Source: Azolla caroliniana (taxonomy: Eukaryota; Plantae; Polypodiophyta). Taken from it: a stretch of 19,625 nucleotides of DNA. A program made the position numbers and the translations under genes. The notes below the pieces were generated by a model that had not been told where the DNA came from, did not search any database, and saw only the letters and a program-made list of their open reading frames with translations. How positions within the stretch are numbered: position 1 is the first letter of the stretch; each line of letters starts with the position of its first letter. This document shows positions 7,180 to 19,625 of this stretch, one piece after another. The DNA is taken from contig JBHGNT010000597.1 in the NCBI GenBank assembly GCA_043228905.1, positions 1-19,625 on the forward strand, read 5' to 3'.

Positions 7180-10100
7180 ATGGCATCAACATCCGGCTCG
7201 TCAGAAATGAGTCTCCGAAAGTTCGATGGATCGAACTTCAACTTCTGGAAGGAGCAAATGCAGGACTATCTCATAGTCAAGGGGCAAATCGATCCCATCG
7301 AAAATGAAGAACCTCCAGAAGGATACAAACCAATTGAGTGGCAGAAGCTGGACAGAATTGTCCGCGCCACGATTCGGATGCACCTATCGGAATCGGTATA
7401 TTTTACGGTGCAATCGTGTACGACAGCATTCGAACTGTGGAAAACACTGTCGGACACTTACGAAAAGAAGGTCGCCGCAACAAAGATGTTTCTGATCCGG
7501 CGCCTCTACAACTTGCGGATGAAAGAGTCCGATTCGGTTCAAGCACACCTCAATGAGTACGAAAGCATAAGCTCCCAAATCTCGTCACAGGGGACGGCAA
7601 TCGAGGATGAGCTCAGAGCAATGATACTCATGAGCAGCCTTCCCTCATCATGGGAAACTTTCGTCACAACCGTGTGCAACGCGTCAACCACGGCTGTTAA
7701 ATACTCCGAAGTCACGAGCGCAATCCTGACCGAAGCAGCTCGGAGAAAGTCTTTCGCCAAAGACTCAACAGACGACGCTTATGTAGTACAAGGTTCGACA
7801 GACCGATCGAACATACGAGGAAGAGATTCCTCACGACCGCCGAACAATCAGCGAAGACGGAGCCAGTCACGGGATAACCGAATCTGCAACTATTGCAAGA
7901 AACCCGGACACATCAAAGCCGACTGCCGCGCACTCAAGAACAAGAACAACAAGAAGAGTGGCCGGCATGAGGAGATCAATTACGTCAGCTTCTCAGCTGA
8001 TGTACTACCGGACGACCCGAATATACTATCAATAGAAAATCCTGTCGGATCAGAAGTTCTGCTCACGACTGAAGAATCGAGCACATGGCTCTTAGATTCG
8101 GGTGCGTCATTTCACGTGACTCCTCATCGATCCCAATTTCGGCAATATACGATCCGTCACTCTGACTCAGTTCGGGTCGGCAACTCGCAACACTGTGACA
8201 TCATTGGAATCGGCACAGTAGAGCTCAACCTTGCAGGTGGCTCTACACTTGTACTTCACAATGTCCGACATGTACCCGAGCTCTCAAGGCCATTGATCTC
8301 GGTCGGACAACTAGATGAAGACGGCATTCGTGCCGGTTTTTCTTCGGGAGGGTGGACACTTCACAGGGGGAACCTCCTGCTTGCTAGAGGACCCAAGATA
8401 CACTCCCTGTATCCGTTACATGTTACGCTCAGAGAGGGTAACCTGTTTTTGGTGGATATTCCTGTGTCATCACTATGGCACCGACGATTAGGACACCTCA
8501 GCAAGGCCGGCATCACGCACCTATCTAGAGCCGGATACATCCCCAAACTCTCCTTCTCCGACCATCAATTCTGCGAGCATTGCCAGTATGGCAAACAAGC
8601 AGCCGCATCACACCCGACATCAGCACCAAGAGAAACGAGACCTCTTGATTTAGTCCATTCGGACGTCTGTGGCCCAATGCCGCATCAGTCTCTAGGCGGT
8701 GCCTCTTACTTCGTCACTTTTATTGACGATTCGACTCGAAAGGTGTGGGCTTATCCAATTCGCACCAAAGATCGTGTCTTCTCGATCTTCACCGATTGGC
8801 TCGCTATGGTGGAAAATCAAACCGACCGAAAGCTGAAATGCTTTCGAACCGACAACGGGGGAGAGTTTAAATCCGAAGAATTCGTCAAATTCTGCCGACA
8901 ACGCGGCATCCGACGTGAACTTACGGCACCACACAGTCCGGAGCAAAACGGGATTGCAGAACGAATGAATCGGACAATCCAATAACGGACAGTTTCCATG
9001 CTCCAACACTCCGGACTGTCGGATGGCTTCTGGGCAGAGGCTCTACTCACGGCAGTACACATAATCAATATGTCGCCAAGTAGACCTCTAGGACTTCAAA
9101 TTCCTCAGGAACTATGGATCGGCAGTAAGCCGAATTACGACAAGCTGAGGATCTTCGGATGCGAGGCGTACGCCCTCATTCCGAAAGATGATCGCCGAAA
9201 ACTTGCACCTCGGTCCAGGAAATGCATTTTCCTTGGATATGGATCCGACGGCGAAATGGGATACCGACTCTGGGACCCCGAACGCAGGCAAATCGTTCGA
9301 AGTTCGGACGTTGTGTTCAACGAGTCGGCTATGAACCCATCCGTCGAAAAACCAATCGAAGTCCGAAGGGTAACATTTTCCGATGTGCCAACCCTTCAAG
9401 AAGGCCCCGCTCTCAACACACGGTCAGCTTCACGGGTAGCTGAACCTTACTCTACCGACTCGGACAACTCCGACTCGGCACAGCAGAACAACTCGCTTTC
9501 GGACCATCCGACCACGATACCCGATGCGACCAGCCCAATCATACCTCGACGATCCGAGAGACTGTCGCAACCTCCGGAGAGGTATTCTCCTGGAATTTTC
9601 TTCACCGACGCCGGAGAACCGACGTCTTACGAAGAAGCATCGACATCTGTCGATTCCGCCACCTGGCATCTGGCGATGGAGTCGGAAATGCACTCCATTC
9701 GGGCAAACAAGACTTGGGATCTAGTCGAATTACCTAGGAACCGACGTGCTCTTCCTTGCAAGTGGGTTTATCGACTAAAAGAGACGTCTGATTCGACCAC
9801 CCCAAAGTACAAGGCCAGATTAGTTGCGAAGGGCTTCCGACAAGAATATGGCGTCGACTTCGACGAGATTTTTTCACCAGTGGTGAAAATGACAACCCTT
9901 CGTTTTCTACTCGGCGTAGTGGCAGCCGACAACTTGGAGCTGATTCAGCTAGATGTCAAAACAGCCTTCCTCCATGGTGATCTCGAGGAGGAAATTTATA
10001 TGGAGCAGCCAAAAGGCTTCGTGGCAACTGGCCAAGAACATCTAGTCTGCCGACTCAGGAAGAGTCTATACGGCCTCAAACAGGCACCCCGACAATGGTA

Positions 10101-11193
10101 CAAGAAGTTCGACGACTTCATCCAATCGATCGGCTTCTCCAAAAGCGATGAGGACCATTGTCTCTTCACCAACACAGCTCAAGATGGATCACCCATCTTC
10201 CTCATCATTTACGTGGACGACATGCTAATTTCTGGACGCCACGCGGGCGAACTTGCCGATCTCGTTCGGCAACTGCGGTTGAAGTTTGCCATGAAGGACC
10301 TCGGTCCGGCACGACACATACTCGGCATGAAGATTAGTCGGCATCGCGATAAACGACATCTTTTTTTGTCTCAGACCGACTACATCGGACGTGTCTTGGA
10401 ACGCTTCAACATGCAATCAGCCAAATCTGCTTCAACCCCGCTCCCCATGAATCTTCGGCTCTCTCAGCGAGACTGCCCGACATCCGGTCCGGAGGGGGAA
10501 GATATGAAGTCGGTACCGTATGCACCGGCAGTCGGCTCCCTTATGTACCTGATGGTCGCGACACGGCCTGATATTTCTCATGCCGTAGGAGTCGTTAGCA
10601 GATTTATGCACAATCCTGGCCGATCGCATTGGAACGCAGTCAAGCATGTGTTCAGATATCTGGCTGGCACAAAAGACCATGGCATTCTTTTCGGTCCGAA
10701 CCGAACCTCAGGCGTAGTCGGTTACACCGACTCGGATTTCGCCGGCTGTATAGACAGTCGGAAATCAACAACCGGATACTACTTCAAATTCGGCAATGGA
10801 GCAATCTCATGGAAGTCGAAACTTCAGGAGTGCACAGCGACCTCAACGACCGAAGCAGAATATGTAGCTGCGTCCGACGCAGCAAAAGAAGCTCTGTGGC
10901 TCGGTCGGCTGGCGCACACGTTTCGACAAGTCGACCATGACTCGGCTCCAGTTGTCTACAGCGACAGTCAAGGTGCTGTTGCCTTGTCGAAAAATCCGGT
11001 TCACCACAACGCCTCCAAACATATCGACGTTCGATATCACTTCGTTCGGGACTGCGTCATCTCAGGGAAAATCGGTCTAGAGAAAATATCCACAACCGAC
11101 AATGTCGCAGATGGAATGACCAAGTGTCTTTCGGCAGACCGCTTTCGGTCTCTTCGGCATCAGATGGGCGTAACGACAAACCAGTCCGGTTAG
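7180..11193 (+). CDS. gag-pol: Copia gag-pol polyprotein (about 1337 codons) with one premature TAA at 8983-8985
   Basis: Gag KFDGSNFNFWK; zinc knuckle CNYCKKPGHIKADC; protease WLLDSGASFH; LWHRRLGH...CEHC; integrase HSDVCGP, RTDNGGEF, NGIAERMNRTI; RT YVDDML; RNase H YTDSDFAG, TEAEY, KHIDVRYHF. The two ORFs in the track (7177-8985, 8998-11193) share one frame. Confidence 0.95.
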
Positions 11194-11377
11194 AGCCGGA
11201 CACAGAGCAGGATGGTTTCCGACAACCGACATCAGTTCCTTAATGATCGGCTTCAACTGTTCCGACCCGACCAGTTCGGTCTTCTGCCTTCGGACCCTGC
11301 CGACTCGAACAAAGCTGATATGTCCGAGAACCTAAGTCTATACCTGTAATCTTAGATAACCCATGTATACGCCCATT

Positions 11378-11386
11378 ACGGGGGAG
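11378..11386 (+). promoter_or_regulatory. Polypurine tract
   Basis: ACGGGGGAG immediately before the TG of the 3' LTR. Confidence 0.9.
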
Positions 11387-11669
11387 TGTCGAATACATGT
11401 GTATAATGGACGTATTCACACTATCCTGTTTTGGCCATTTATGTAATTAGCATAAAGGGCAGTTGCCCTAAGTCGGTCACTATATATAGTGACCTAGTAA
11501 CCTCTTTGTGGGGTTGGCTATTGTATTGTTGCTTTATGGAATAAAGAGTCTTTTGTCTCTCTCTCTCTCTCTCTCTCTCTGTCCAACGACCTACAGTCTG
11601 TCATACGCAGGTACTCAGAAACCATCGAATGCTTCTTGATCTTCCGCACTGACGACCTATTCTCCAACA
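11387..11669 (+). repeat. 3' LTR
   Basis: Direct repeat of 6321-6603, followed by the TSD ATCTC. Confidence 0.98.
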
Positions 11670-14382
11670 ATCTCGTGGAGTTTGCATGAATTGGCTAATG
11701 AGAACAATCGGATAGCTCATGTCGGGTTGAGTGATCGTGAGGTAGATGAGGCTCCTAATCAATTGTCAATACTGAGCCGGCTCACACTCTGTGGTGCCAG
11801 AGTCGGCATCTAGTTTGAGGTTTTGATCGAGAGGGGTTACCACAGATTTGTAGTCGGTCATCCTGAACTTGTATAACAAGTTGAGTATGTAGTGCCGTTG
11901 AGAGATCATTACTCTGGTTGGAGTCCGGATTACCTCAATGCCAAGGAAGTAATGGAGCTCTTTCATGTCCGTCATCTCGAATTTGCTGGAGAGGAGGGAC
12001 TTGACCTTGTTGATGTTGACTAGATGCTCACCTCCAATGACTAGATCATCCACGTATAGGATGATGATAATCGGACTTTCGGAATCGCTTCTTACATAGA
12101 GAGAATTGTCGGATTTTGACATTCGGAAGCCGATTTGATGAAGATATTGTGTTATCTTTGAGTGCCAAGCACGTGGTGCTTGCTTAAGGCCGTAGAGAGG
12201 CTTCTTGAGTCGGTAGACGGCTTTCGGATGAATATTGGATTCGAAGCCGAGTGGTTGTACCATGTACACCTCTTCTAATTCGCCTTGAAGAAAGGCGTTG
12301 TTGACATCCATCTGGTGGAGGTGCCACCGTTTCGCTACAGCAAGTGCTATCACGGTTCGCACGGTTGTCATCTTTGCCACCGTGGCAAAGGTCTCTTCAT
12401 AGTCAACTCCATGCGTTTGTGCGTAGCCTTTTGCTACGAGTCGAGCTTTGTAGCGGTTGACGGAACTATTGGCATTATACTTCACTTTGTATATCCATCA
12501 ACAACCGATTGCCTTCTTGTGAGGTGAGTGAGGGACGAGATCCCATGTCTTGTTTTTGGAGAGTGCTTGCATCTCCTCATTCATCGCTTCGACCCATCAT
12601 AGATCTTTAGCGGCTTCAGCAAAGCTCTCCGGTTCTCGAACTGCTGCCACCTTCATCATAAAGGCATAGTGGTATGCCATATAGTCGTTGTAGCCGAATC
12701 GGCTAACTAGATTCTTCTCTCCGATGGAGTGAAGGAGTTTCTCATTTGCTGATGTGAGAGATTTCTTTACTCTAGGTGACCTCATAAGAGGCATATCAAA
12801 GCCATCAACCTCACTATCGAGTGAGTGAGTCGATTTGTTGCCTTCGAAGTGATTGTCTTCATATTCCGGCATTTTGGCCTTCCCTTTGTCCATCTTTGGA
12901 CTTGGTCGAGATATGCTTTGGTTGCTCGGAGGCTCTTGTGGTCCGCTCAATCTGGTTGAGATCGGACTCTCTTTGAGTATTGAACTTAGTTGATCATCGT
13001 TTTCTGTGTTGTCGAGGTCGTTCATAGATGGTTCGGGAGGAGTCAGCTCGGGTTTGTACCATGATGTTGATTCGTCAAAGACAACATCCCGACTTACACA
13101 AGCCTTCTGAGTAGAGGGGTTGAAGCACTTGTACCCCTTTTGCTCCAATGAGTACCCCACGAGGATGCACTTCTCTGATTTTGCTTCTGTTGCTTCTCAT
13201 CGGGAATGTGCACGTATGCAATGGAGCCGAATATCCTTACATGGGATAGATCTGGCTTCTTCCCATAGTATTTCTCGTGCGGGCTGACCTCGTGTACTCC
13301 AGATGTTGTGCATCGGTTCATGAGGTAGATGGCGGTATTTGCAGCTTCGGCCCAATATGACTTGGGCATATGCTTCTCATTTAGCATGGCCCTTGCTACT
13401 TCGAGAATGTACCGATTCTTGCGTTCGGCTACACCGTTCTGTTGTAATGTGTGTCTACAAGTGAATTCTCGCCGAATTCCTTCTTGTTGAAGGTATGCCG
13501 TGAACGCATCGGAGAAGTATTCCTTTCCTCCATCTGATCGAAGACATCGTATATGGCGGCTGGTTGTTTTTTCGGCTTCGTTTTTGAATTTTTGGAAGTG
13601 TGAAAACACTTCGCTCTTCATCCTCATGGGAAAGATCCATGTGTACCTAGAGAAGTTGTCGATGAAGGTAACATAGTACCGACATCCTCCAACTGTGGCC
13701 GTCTGTGTCGGTCCCCACACATCCGACTGGACTACGTCCAATAGGCATATGCTCACGTTCCTCTCCGTCGGGAACGGGTGCCGATGTTACTTGTCTATTG
13801 GCATGCTTCACATACTCCTTCAATCTCTTTCTCTTTGAAGGTCGGGAGCCCATTGACGACTCCTTTCGATTGCATCGTCTTGAGTTTGTTGAGATTGATA
13901 TGGCTGATTCTTTTATGCCATAGCTCTATGTCGGTGTCAGGTTTGAGGCTCTTTGCAAACATGGCCGATTTTACCTCGTTCACTTCGAGGATAAACATCC
14001 GGCCTTCCCTTCGACCACGAGCAATTAGTTGGCCTTCCTTCTCGATGAAGCAACCACCTTGGTTGAATCGAACTTGCATGCCTTGCTCCACAATTTGGCC
14101 AACTAAGACCAAATTCTTCATTATGGTGGGTACATGTAAGACATTTTTTATGCAAGTTTATTCACCTTCTTTCCCGAATGGGACATTGCCGACATGTTGA
14201 ATCGGATGAGTGGTGTCGTCTCCCGGCTCTCGAAGGTCTTTGAACCATTCTTGATGGGATGTCATATGGTTTGAAGCACCGGAGTTGACGAACCATACAT
14301 CTTCTGGATTGGAGGCATTTGTTGAAGTAGAGGCCGACATAGAATTTGCTCTATGTCTCATTACGAACATTCCGCCATGATC
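11670..14382 (-). pseudogene. pol: Copia protease, integrase and RT (several stops and frameshifts)
   Basis: Motifs WFVNSGASNHMT, LWHKRISH...CEACQ, QSDVWGP, RSDGGKEY, NGVAERKNR, YKARLVAKGY, YGLKQAPRAW, LYVDDL. Confidence 0.93.
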
Positions 14383-17300
14383 TTTGAATGGGTCTTAAAA
14401 GAAGATAAAGGATTATCTGTGGCTGACACAAAAAGGGAGTTTCATAGATTGTATGGACACTTAAAGCTAGAAGAAAGAAACCCTTTGTCTTGGCAAAAGG
14501 TTGCTTTATTTTTGTAGGCAGTTGACAAGAGATATAGAAAGGATTTGGAACTTATGCTTGAGATACCAAATGCCGACGATGGTATAACTGCAGATTGGAA
14601 TGAGGTAACAAATGCTTGTAACAAATTTATGAAAAGAATGCAATGGAATGGTGCAATGCTACAAATACCACATGTGGGAATCACGAATAGGCTTGAGCAA
14701 AACATCGAAGTTCAAAAAATTGGTTGAGAACCATCACACGAAATGGTGCATCAACCACGTGAAATGATCGGAACTAAGAGTGAGTCTTTGCTTGATGATT
14801 TAGTTCAAAGTATGAAAGATTTAACAATTAAAGTGACAAAGCTTGAGAATGGTCAAACTTCGAGGTCAAGGGAACCATTTCGACCTCGATGCATGTGGTG
14901 CAATCGTCTCAAACATCGATTATGTGATTGTGAGGAATATAAAGACATGGAAAATCGAGACTTGGTGTATTGGAAAAATGGTAAGATTTACTTAACTGAA
15001 ACTAGAAGTCCACTTACAAAGAACTTTGGTGATGGTGGTGTCAAGGTTAAGTTTGAAGAAGCTAAAGCAAAGAATGTTTTTGCAATGTACTACTCGACAA
15101 CAACAGGAATGCGTCTCGATGACACGCCATACCGATCGTCATTCTGGGAGAAGGTTGTAAGTTCCACACAAAAGCAAAAGCTGAAGATGGAAAACCTTCG
15201 TGTTGTCGGAGATTTTGTAAGGAAAAACACTGGATGGGATATTCTAGTAAATGCTATGACAGTCTATGCTCAGATGGCAGAACACCAAGAGCATGAGGTG
15301 ATCGTGGAAGAAAAAAGGAATAGGCCGGATGATGAGATTGGCTAAACAAAAAGGCATGAAATAAGAGAAAGCAAAAGAAAAGAGATGGACGCAAAAGTCA
15401 AAAAAGGTAAATCAGGTCCTTTGTTCAAATTAATGTCTGATATTGAAAAGGATACGGATTTAAAGAAAGTTTTAGAAACAAGAATACTAGATAGTTGAGT
15501 AGAATTTACACTAAGAGAAGTGTTAGGTATTGCAAAAAAGGAATTTCATGATGAAATAATTGATATTGTGCGAAGAAAGAAGCAAGTAAATGAGCACGTT
15601 AAAGAGACAAATCCGAAGGTGGCATATGAAGTGGTGAGCAACGAGTCGAACAATATCATTGTTGACTCTCAACATGCATCAACCTCAATGATAAGTTCAA
15701 CAGATACAAGAAGCCACTACTCTCGCAAATGTTGGGCAAGAGCCACTACTGAGCATCATGTGAAGATTTGAAATGTTCCAGACACGATGATGGCACTTAT
15801 TGATCATGGTTCTGAAATAAATATAATGATTGCTGATTTTTGCAGGAAAGGTAGATGGCCAATTGATACTCAACATGGTTGGCGCATAAAAGCAGCCACA
15901 TCAGTCATCGAAGATTTATTTGGTGCATGCCCAAATGTAAAGGTTACTATTGGTGATATAGAGGTAGATCAACATTTCTTTATGCAAGAAGGATCTACCT
16001 ATCCGATAATCTTGGGGCAACCATACATCACATCGGTACGAATGGAGACCAAAGTCCTCGACAATGGTTCTGCTTATGCGAAAAACCGTAGCCAAGATGG
16101 ACGACGAACTATACAGTTTATGACAGTTCACCCAAATCATGAGAGGAACAAGCAAGAGCTTTGTGATCATTAAATACCAAAAGAATGTGATGATTTTGAT
16201 AATCAGGTGTTTTACTAGGACTGTTGCAAATGAGGGTTGCAATAGTCCCATTATTAAAAGACCCTCACGTAGGGCATTACAACATATGAATATGTCATTT
16301 CATGTTTCTGAAAGTGGTGTTATATGCGAGAGGAACTTGAAAAAAAATGCTAATTTGTTTCAACATGCATTGAAGGATAATGGAGTACTTGAAATAGAAG
16401 AGCACATTGAAAGTGTTATGGAAGAAATTTCATTTGCAAATACTATAGAAGAGCTAATGTATTTGAAAGAAGATGATGAGAGTGTTAGAAAGATACATGT
16501 AAACACAATCGATATGTATTATGAGATTGATAGGTATAATTGTAAATATGAAGTAGAAAGTTTATGTAATACAAAATACAAAATACAAAATACAAAACAA
16601 TAGATAAAAACGTCAAACCTGTTGCAGTACCATTACCTATTGACAGTGAAGAGAAGATGGAGGCAGCACCAATCGAGTCTATGCTTCAACCAATAGAGAA
16701 TATCGGATATCACTTCACTTGAGAGACAATAAATAACTTGAGAATCGGAGGGGGTGAATATCTTCTGCAATCAAAGCTCGCGACTTTCAAAGAAATGATC
16801 TTTAGGCATGGGAAAGCGTTCACATTCAAATCTGAGGAGATTGGTTGTGTAGATCCAAAGGTGGTGACACCAATGGTAATATTTACTATCCCTCATATTC
16901 CTTAAAATTTTAAACCTATTGCAATATCGAGAGCTCGATTGGCTCAATTGTTGGAGGTACTAAAGGATAAAGTCAAGATGAAGATTTTGGAGCCTTCCAA
17001 TGCACCATATTCCAACCGATGGTTCACGGTTCCAAAGAAAGATGGTTCTCTAAGATTCATTCAAGATCTACAACTAGTCAACAAAGTCATAATCCGAAAT
17101 GCAGGAATCGAACTGATCGTTGATGAATTTGTAGAAGCTTTTGGTGGGAGAGCAATTTACTCTATATGGGACCTATATTCGGGATATGACCAATTTCAAC
17201 TAGCAATTGATAGTTGCAATATCACAACAATGAAAACACCAATTGGGTTAGTTCAGATGTGCACTCTACCTCAAGGTGCGACAAATTCAGTTGCTCATAT

Positions 17301-19625
17301 GATGAATGCAATGAACAAAGTTCTACATGAGTACATCCCAAAGGTAACTATGCCATTTTTAGATGATATTCCCATGAAGGGATGGCACTTAGAAAGAGAG
17401 AAAGATGAGACTGTGGTTGGAAATGGTTGCAGAAAGTTTGTGATGGATCACATTAATGATTGTGAAAGAATTTTAAATAAGCTTGGGTAGCTACATTTGA
17501 CACTATCAAGAACAAAGTTAAGCTTTGGGTAGAACGAAGTTCTGATAGTTGGTCATATGTGTGGCTAGTATGGGAGGAAGCCGTCACCGATCAAAATTAA
17601 CGCAATACAAAATATGAAGGAGGTTTGCGAATCGGTAACAGAGATCCTCTCTACCAACTTTTAAGAAAAGGGAAGAAGTTTATTGGGATTGATGAACATA
17701 CACAAGTTGTTCAACAATTGAAAGCGCCAGTTCTTCGTCAACCAGACTACAAAGGTGAAAGACCAATTATAGTGATAGTTGATACTAGCCCAATTGGGAT
17801 TGGTTGGGCTATCAACCAAGAAGATGAAGACCAACATTGATATGCTATCATGTTTGGAGCAAAGATATTAAATGAAAGACAAAGAAATTATGCAGAAGTT
17901 AAACGAGAATTGTGGGGTTTGCTTACTGGTTTGCTTACTGCATTAAAAACATATAGAGATTACTTTATTAAAGCAGATGTAGTGTTTGAAACAGATTGTT
18001 TGCCACTCATCATAATGATAGCAAGTTGCACGACACCAGATATTGCAATGCTTCAGGGGTTTGCATACATCAGAACCATGAACACAGAATTACTGTGTCA
18101 TAGTGTATTTCGTACACTACTTGAAGAGCATATAAAGTACCCAATTTAATAAATATGAAGAAAACAAAGAATACATGTTACATGCATCTAGGGCAAGATT
18201 CAAACCTTGTACCTCCATGTTTATAATGTAAAGGCTTACCATTACATTAACACATCGTAAGTGTTAAAAAGTAGATATCCCACATAGAAAGGTAAGGTCA
18301 CGTATATTTTCTAGGAAAATCTACTCATAACTAGATTGCCTCAAATTCTTCCTCCTCCTAGTCCAACGCAACGATCCGGCGCCGAAAGGCACGACAACGA
18401 CATATAAAGGGCAAAGAGAACCCAATTGCAGATATGTTGTCAAGAGCAAGGTTCGTAAATGAAAGGGTGATGCAAGTTGAAGATAAGAATTGGGCAACTA
18501 CAGGCCATCAAGTTGCTCATCAAGTATCTATTAAGCCTCATGATGAGTTTAATGTAAGCATAATGTTTAAAGATATGGAGTATGAAGGTCAATGGTTAGA
18601 CATAAAACAAAATTCTAAAGACTCAAAAAACCAACCCATCATGATCGAAGAAACAATTAAATGAATTTCGAAGACGGGCATTCAAGTTTTTTTTACATGA
18701 AGAGCATTTATGGAGGCGTCCAAAAAGGCCAACCGAAAATCCTCTTTGAGTCATTTGTAAGGATGACAATAAAAGAAAATTAATTATTGAATTCCATGAT
18801 AGTTTGTGGGCAGGGCATAGAGGCATATGCGCGACATTTATGAAGTTGAAAGAAAAGTATTGGTGGCCACAAATGTATAAAGACGTAACGAAATCTGTGG
18901 AAACCTGTGAGGTTTGCTAGAGGTATTCAACTATTTGATATCGAGATGAGCTAAAACCAACATATTCATCATCAATGCATTATAAATGGATGGTCGATCT
19001 AGTGACAATGCCACTTTGGGAAGGTCAAATGCGATATTTAGTACTAGCAAGAGAAGACCTTACAAACCAAGTAGAAGGAAGACCATTGGGACAAAAAACA
19101 ACTAGAGCTGTATGTAAATTTTTATTAGAAGATGTAATATGTCGTTATGGGTGTGTTGGTAAAATAATTGCAGATAGAGGAAAACTTGATTCTGATGAAG
19201 CTAAAGGATTCTTCAACCGGATAGGGGTCAACTTATCACTTACAACTGCTTATAATCTAGAAGCCAATGGAAAGATTGAAAGAGGACATAGCCCAATAGT
19301 TAAGGCGACCGTGAAAAACTACAAAGGTAAAATAAGAGATTGGCCACGCATGCTAACTTATGCACTATGGGCGGATGGAACAACGCATAGTTCGAAAATA
19401 GGATACATGCCAACTGAATTGATACTTGGCCAAAAGCCCATCATGACGGTAGAAGAATCAATTATGTCATGAATATCTATTCCATGGAGAGAAGAGGTGA
19501 GCAGAGAATAATTGCTTGCTTTCCAAATTCAACAATTAGAATGTTGACCTGAAGATATAGAATTAGTAGCCCAACGATTCAAGGAGGCTCAACTGAAGAA
19601 TAAAATTCATTTTGAAAAAACTCAT
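14383..19625 (+). pseudogene. gag-pol: Decayed AT-rich Ty3/Gypsy gag-pol (gag, PR, RT, RH, INT), 5'-truncated and running off the window
   Basis: Zinc knuckle CMWCNRLKHRLCDC; protease ALIDHGSEINIM; RT YSGYDQFQL and PFLDDIP; RNase H VDTSPIGIGW, ETDC, NPIADMLSR; integrase WMVDLV, IADRG, NGKIERG. Gypsy domain order, many stops. Confidence 0.93.
18096..18396. mobile_element. 301-bp TGTC...GACA insertion related to the 2648-3664 element
   Basis: Interrupts RNase H: removing it plus 4 bp restores EL-RHIKGKENPIADMLSR. Flanks are ACTG and ACGA. Shares AGATATCCCACATAGA (18273-18288 = 2845-2860) and a decayed A/B-box segment (18191-18241, similar to 3132-3187). Confidence 0.75.

Larger units (their letters stand above)
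6321..11669 (+). mobile_element. Full-length young Ty1/Copia LTR retrotransposon (5349 bp), Tnt1/Tork-like
   Basis: Two 283-bp TG...CA LTRs, 5-bp TSD ATCTC (6316-6320 and 11670-11674), iMet PBS, PPT and a single gag-pol frame. Confidence 0.98.
5223..14382 (-). mobile_element. 5'-truncated, decayed Ty1/Copia element, interrupted by the 6321-11669 Copia
   Basis: Order PR-INT-RT-RH-PPT-LTR on the - strand. The RT frame (SQFMQTPRD|IHSDCAKRVLRY) is continuous across the nested insertion. gag, PBS and 5' LTR are missing. Confidence 0.9.

Noticed and set aside
8983-8997. Programmed stop-codon read-through between two ORFs
   Set aside because: The stop lies inside the integrase core rather than at the gag/pol or pol/env boundary, and the context (TAA CGG ACA) is not the CARYYA read-through motif.
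35-19472. Numerous short alternative-frame or antisense ORFs in the ORF track (e.g. 579-971, 6489-6755, 6781-7092, 13778-14200)
   Set aside because: They overlap retroelement coding regions, LTRs or UTRs and show no recognisable domains.

Overview
This is a gene-free nest of eukaryotic transposons. The host is probably a plant, and the Gypsy lineage suggests a moss or other seedless plant (inference). Contents in order: (1) at 1-540, a fold-back made of two inverted LTR/PBS copies with a captured 3' half of a CCA-bearing tRNA-Arg-like primer at its apex; (2) a GC-rich Ty3/Gypsy integrase remnant with a probable 3' LTR (541-2504); (3) a 1017-bp TGT...ACA non-autonomous element with 12-bp TIRs, a 4-bp CCGG-like TSD and an internal Pol III A/B box (2648-3664), with a 301-bp relative at 18096-18396; (4) a four-level nest: Gypsy RT remnant < LTR fragment < 5'-truncated minus-strand Copia < very young full-length Tnt1/Tork-like Copia (6321-11669; LTRs 282/283 identical, ATCTC TSD, one nonsense mutation); (5) a long, decayed, AT-rich Gypsy gag-pol (about 14383 to the end). 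No host genes, rRNA, intact tRNA or CRISPR array were found. The most unusual signals are the tRNA-capped LTR fold-back, an apparent 41-nt LTR-to-PBS spacer, and the Ginger-like elements carrying a tRNA-derived promoter.
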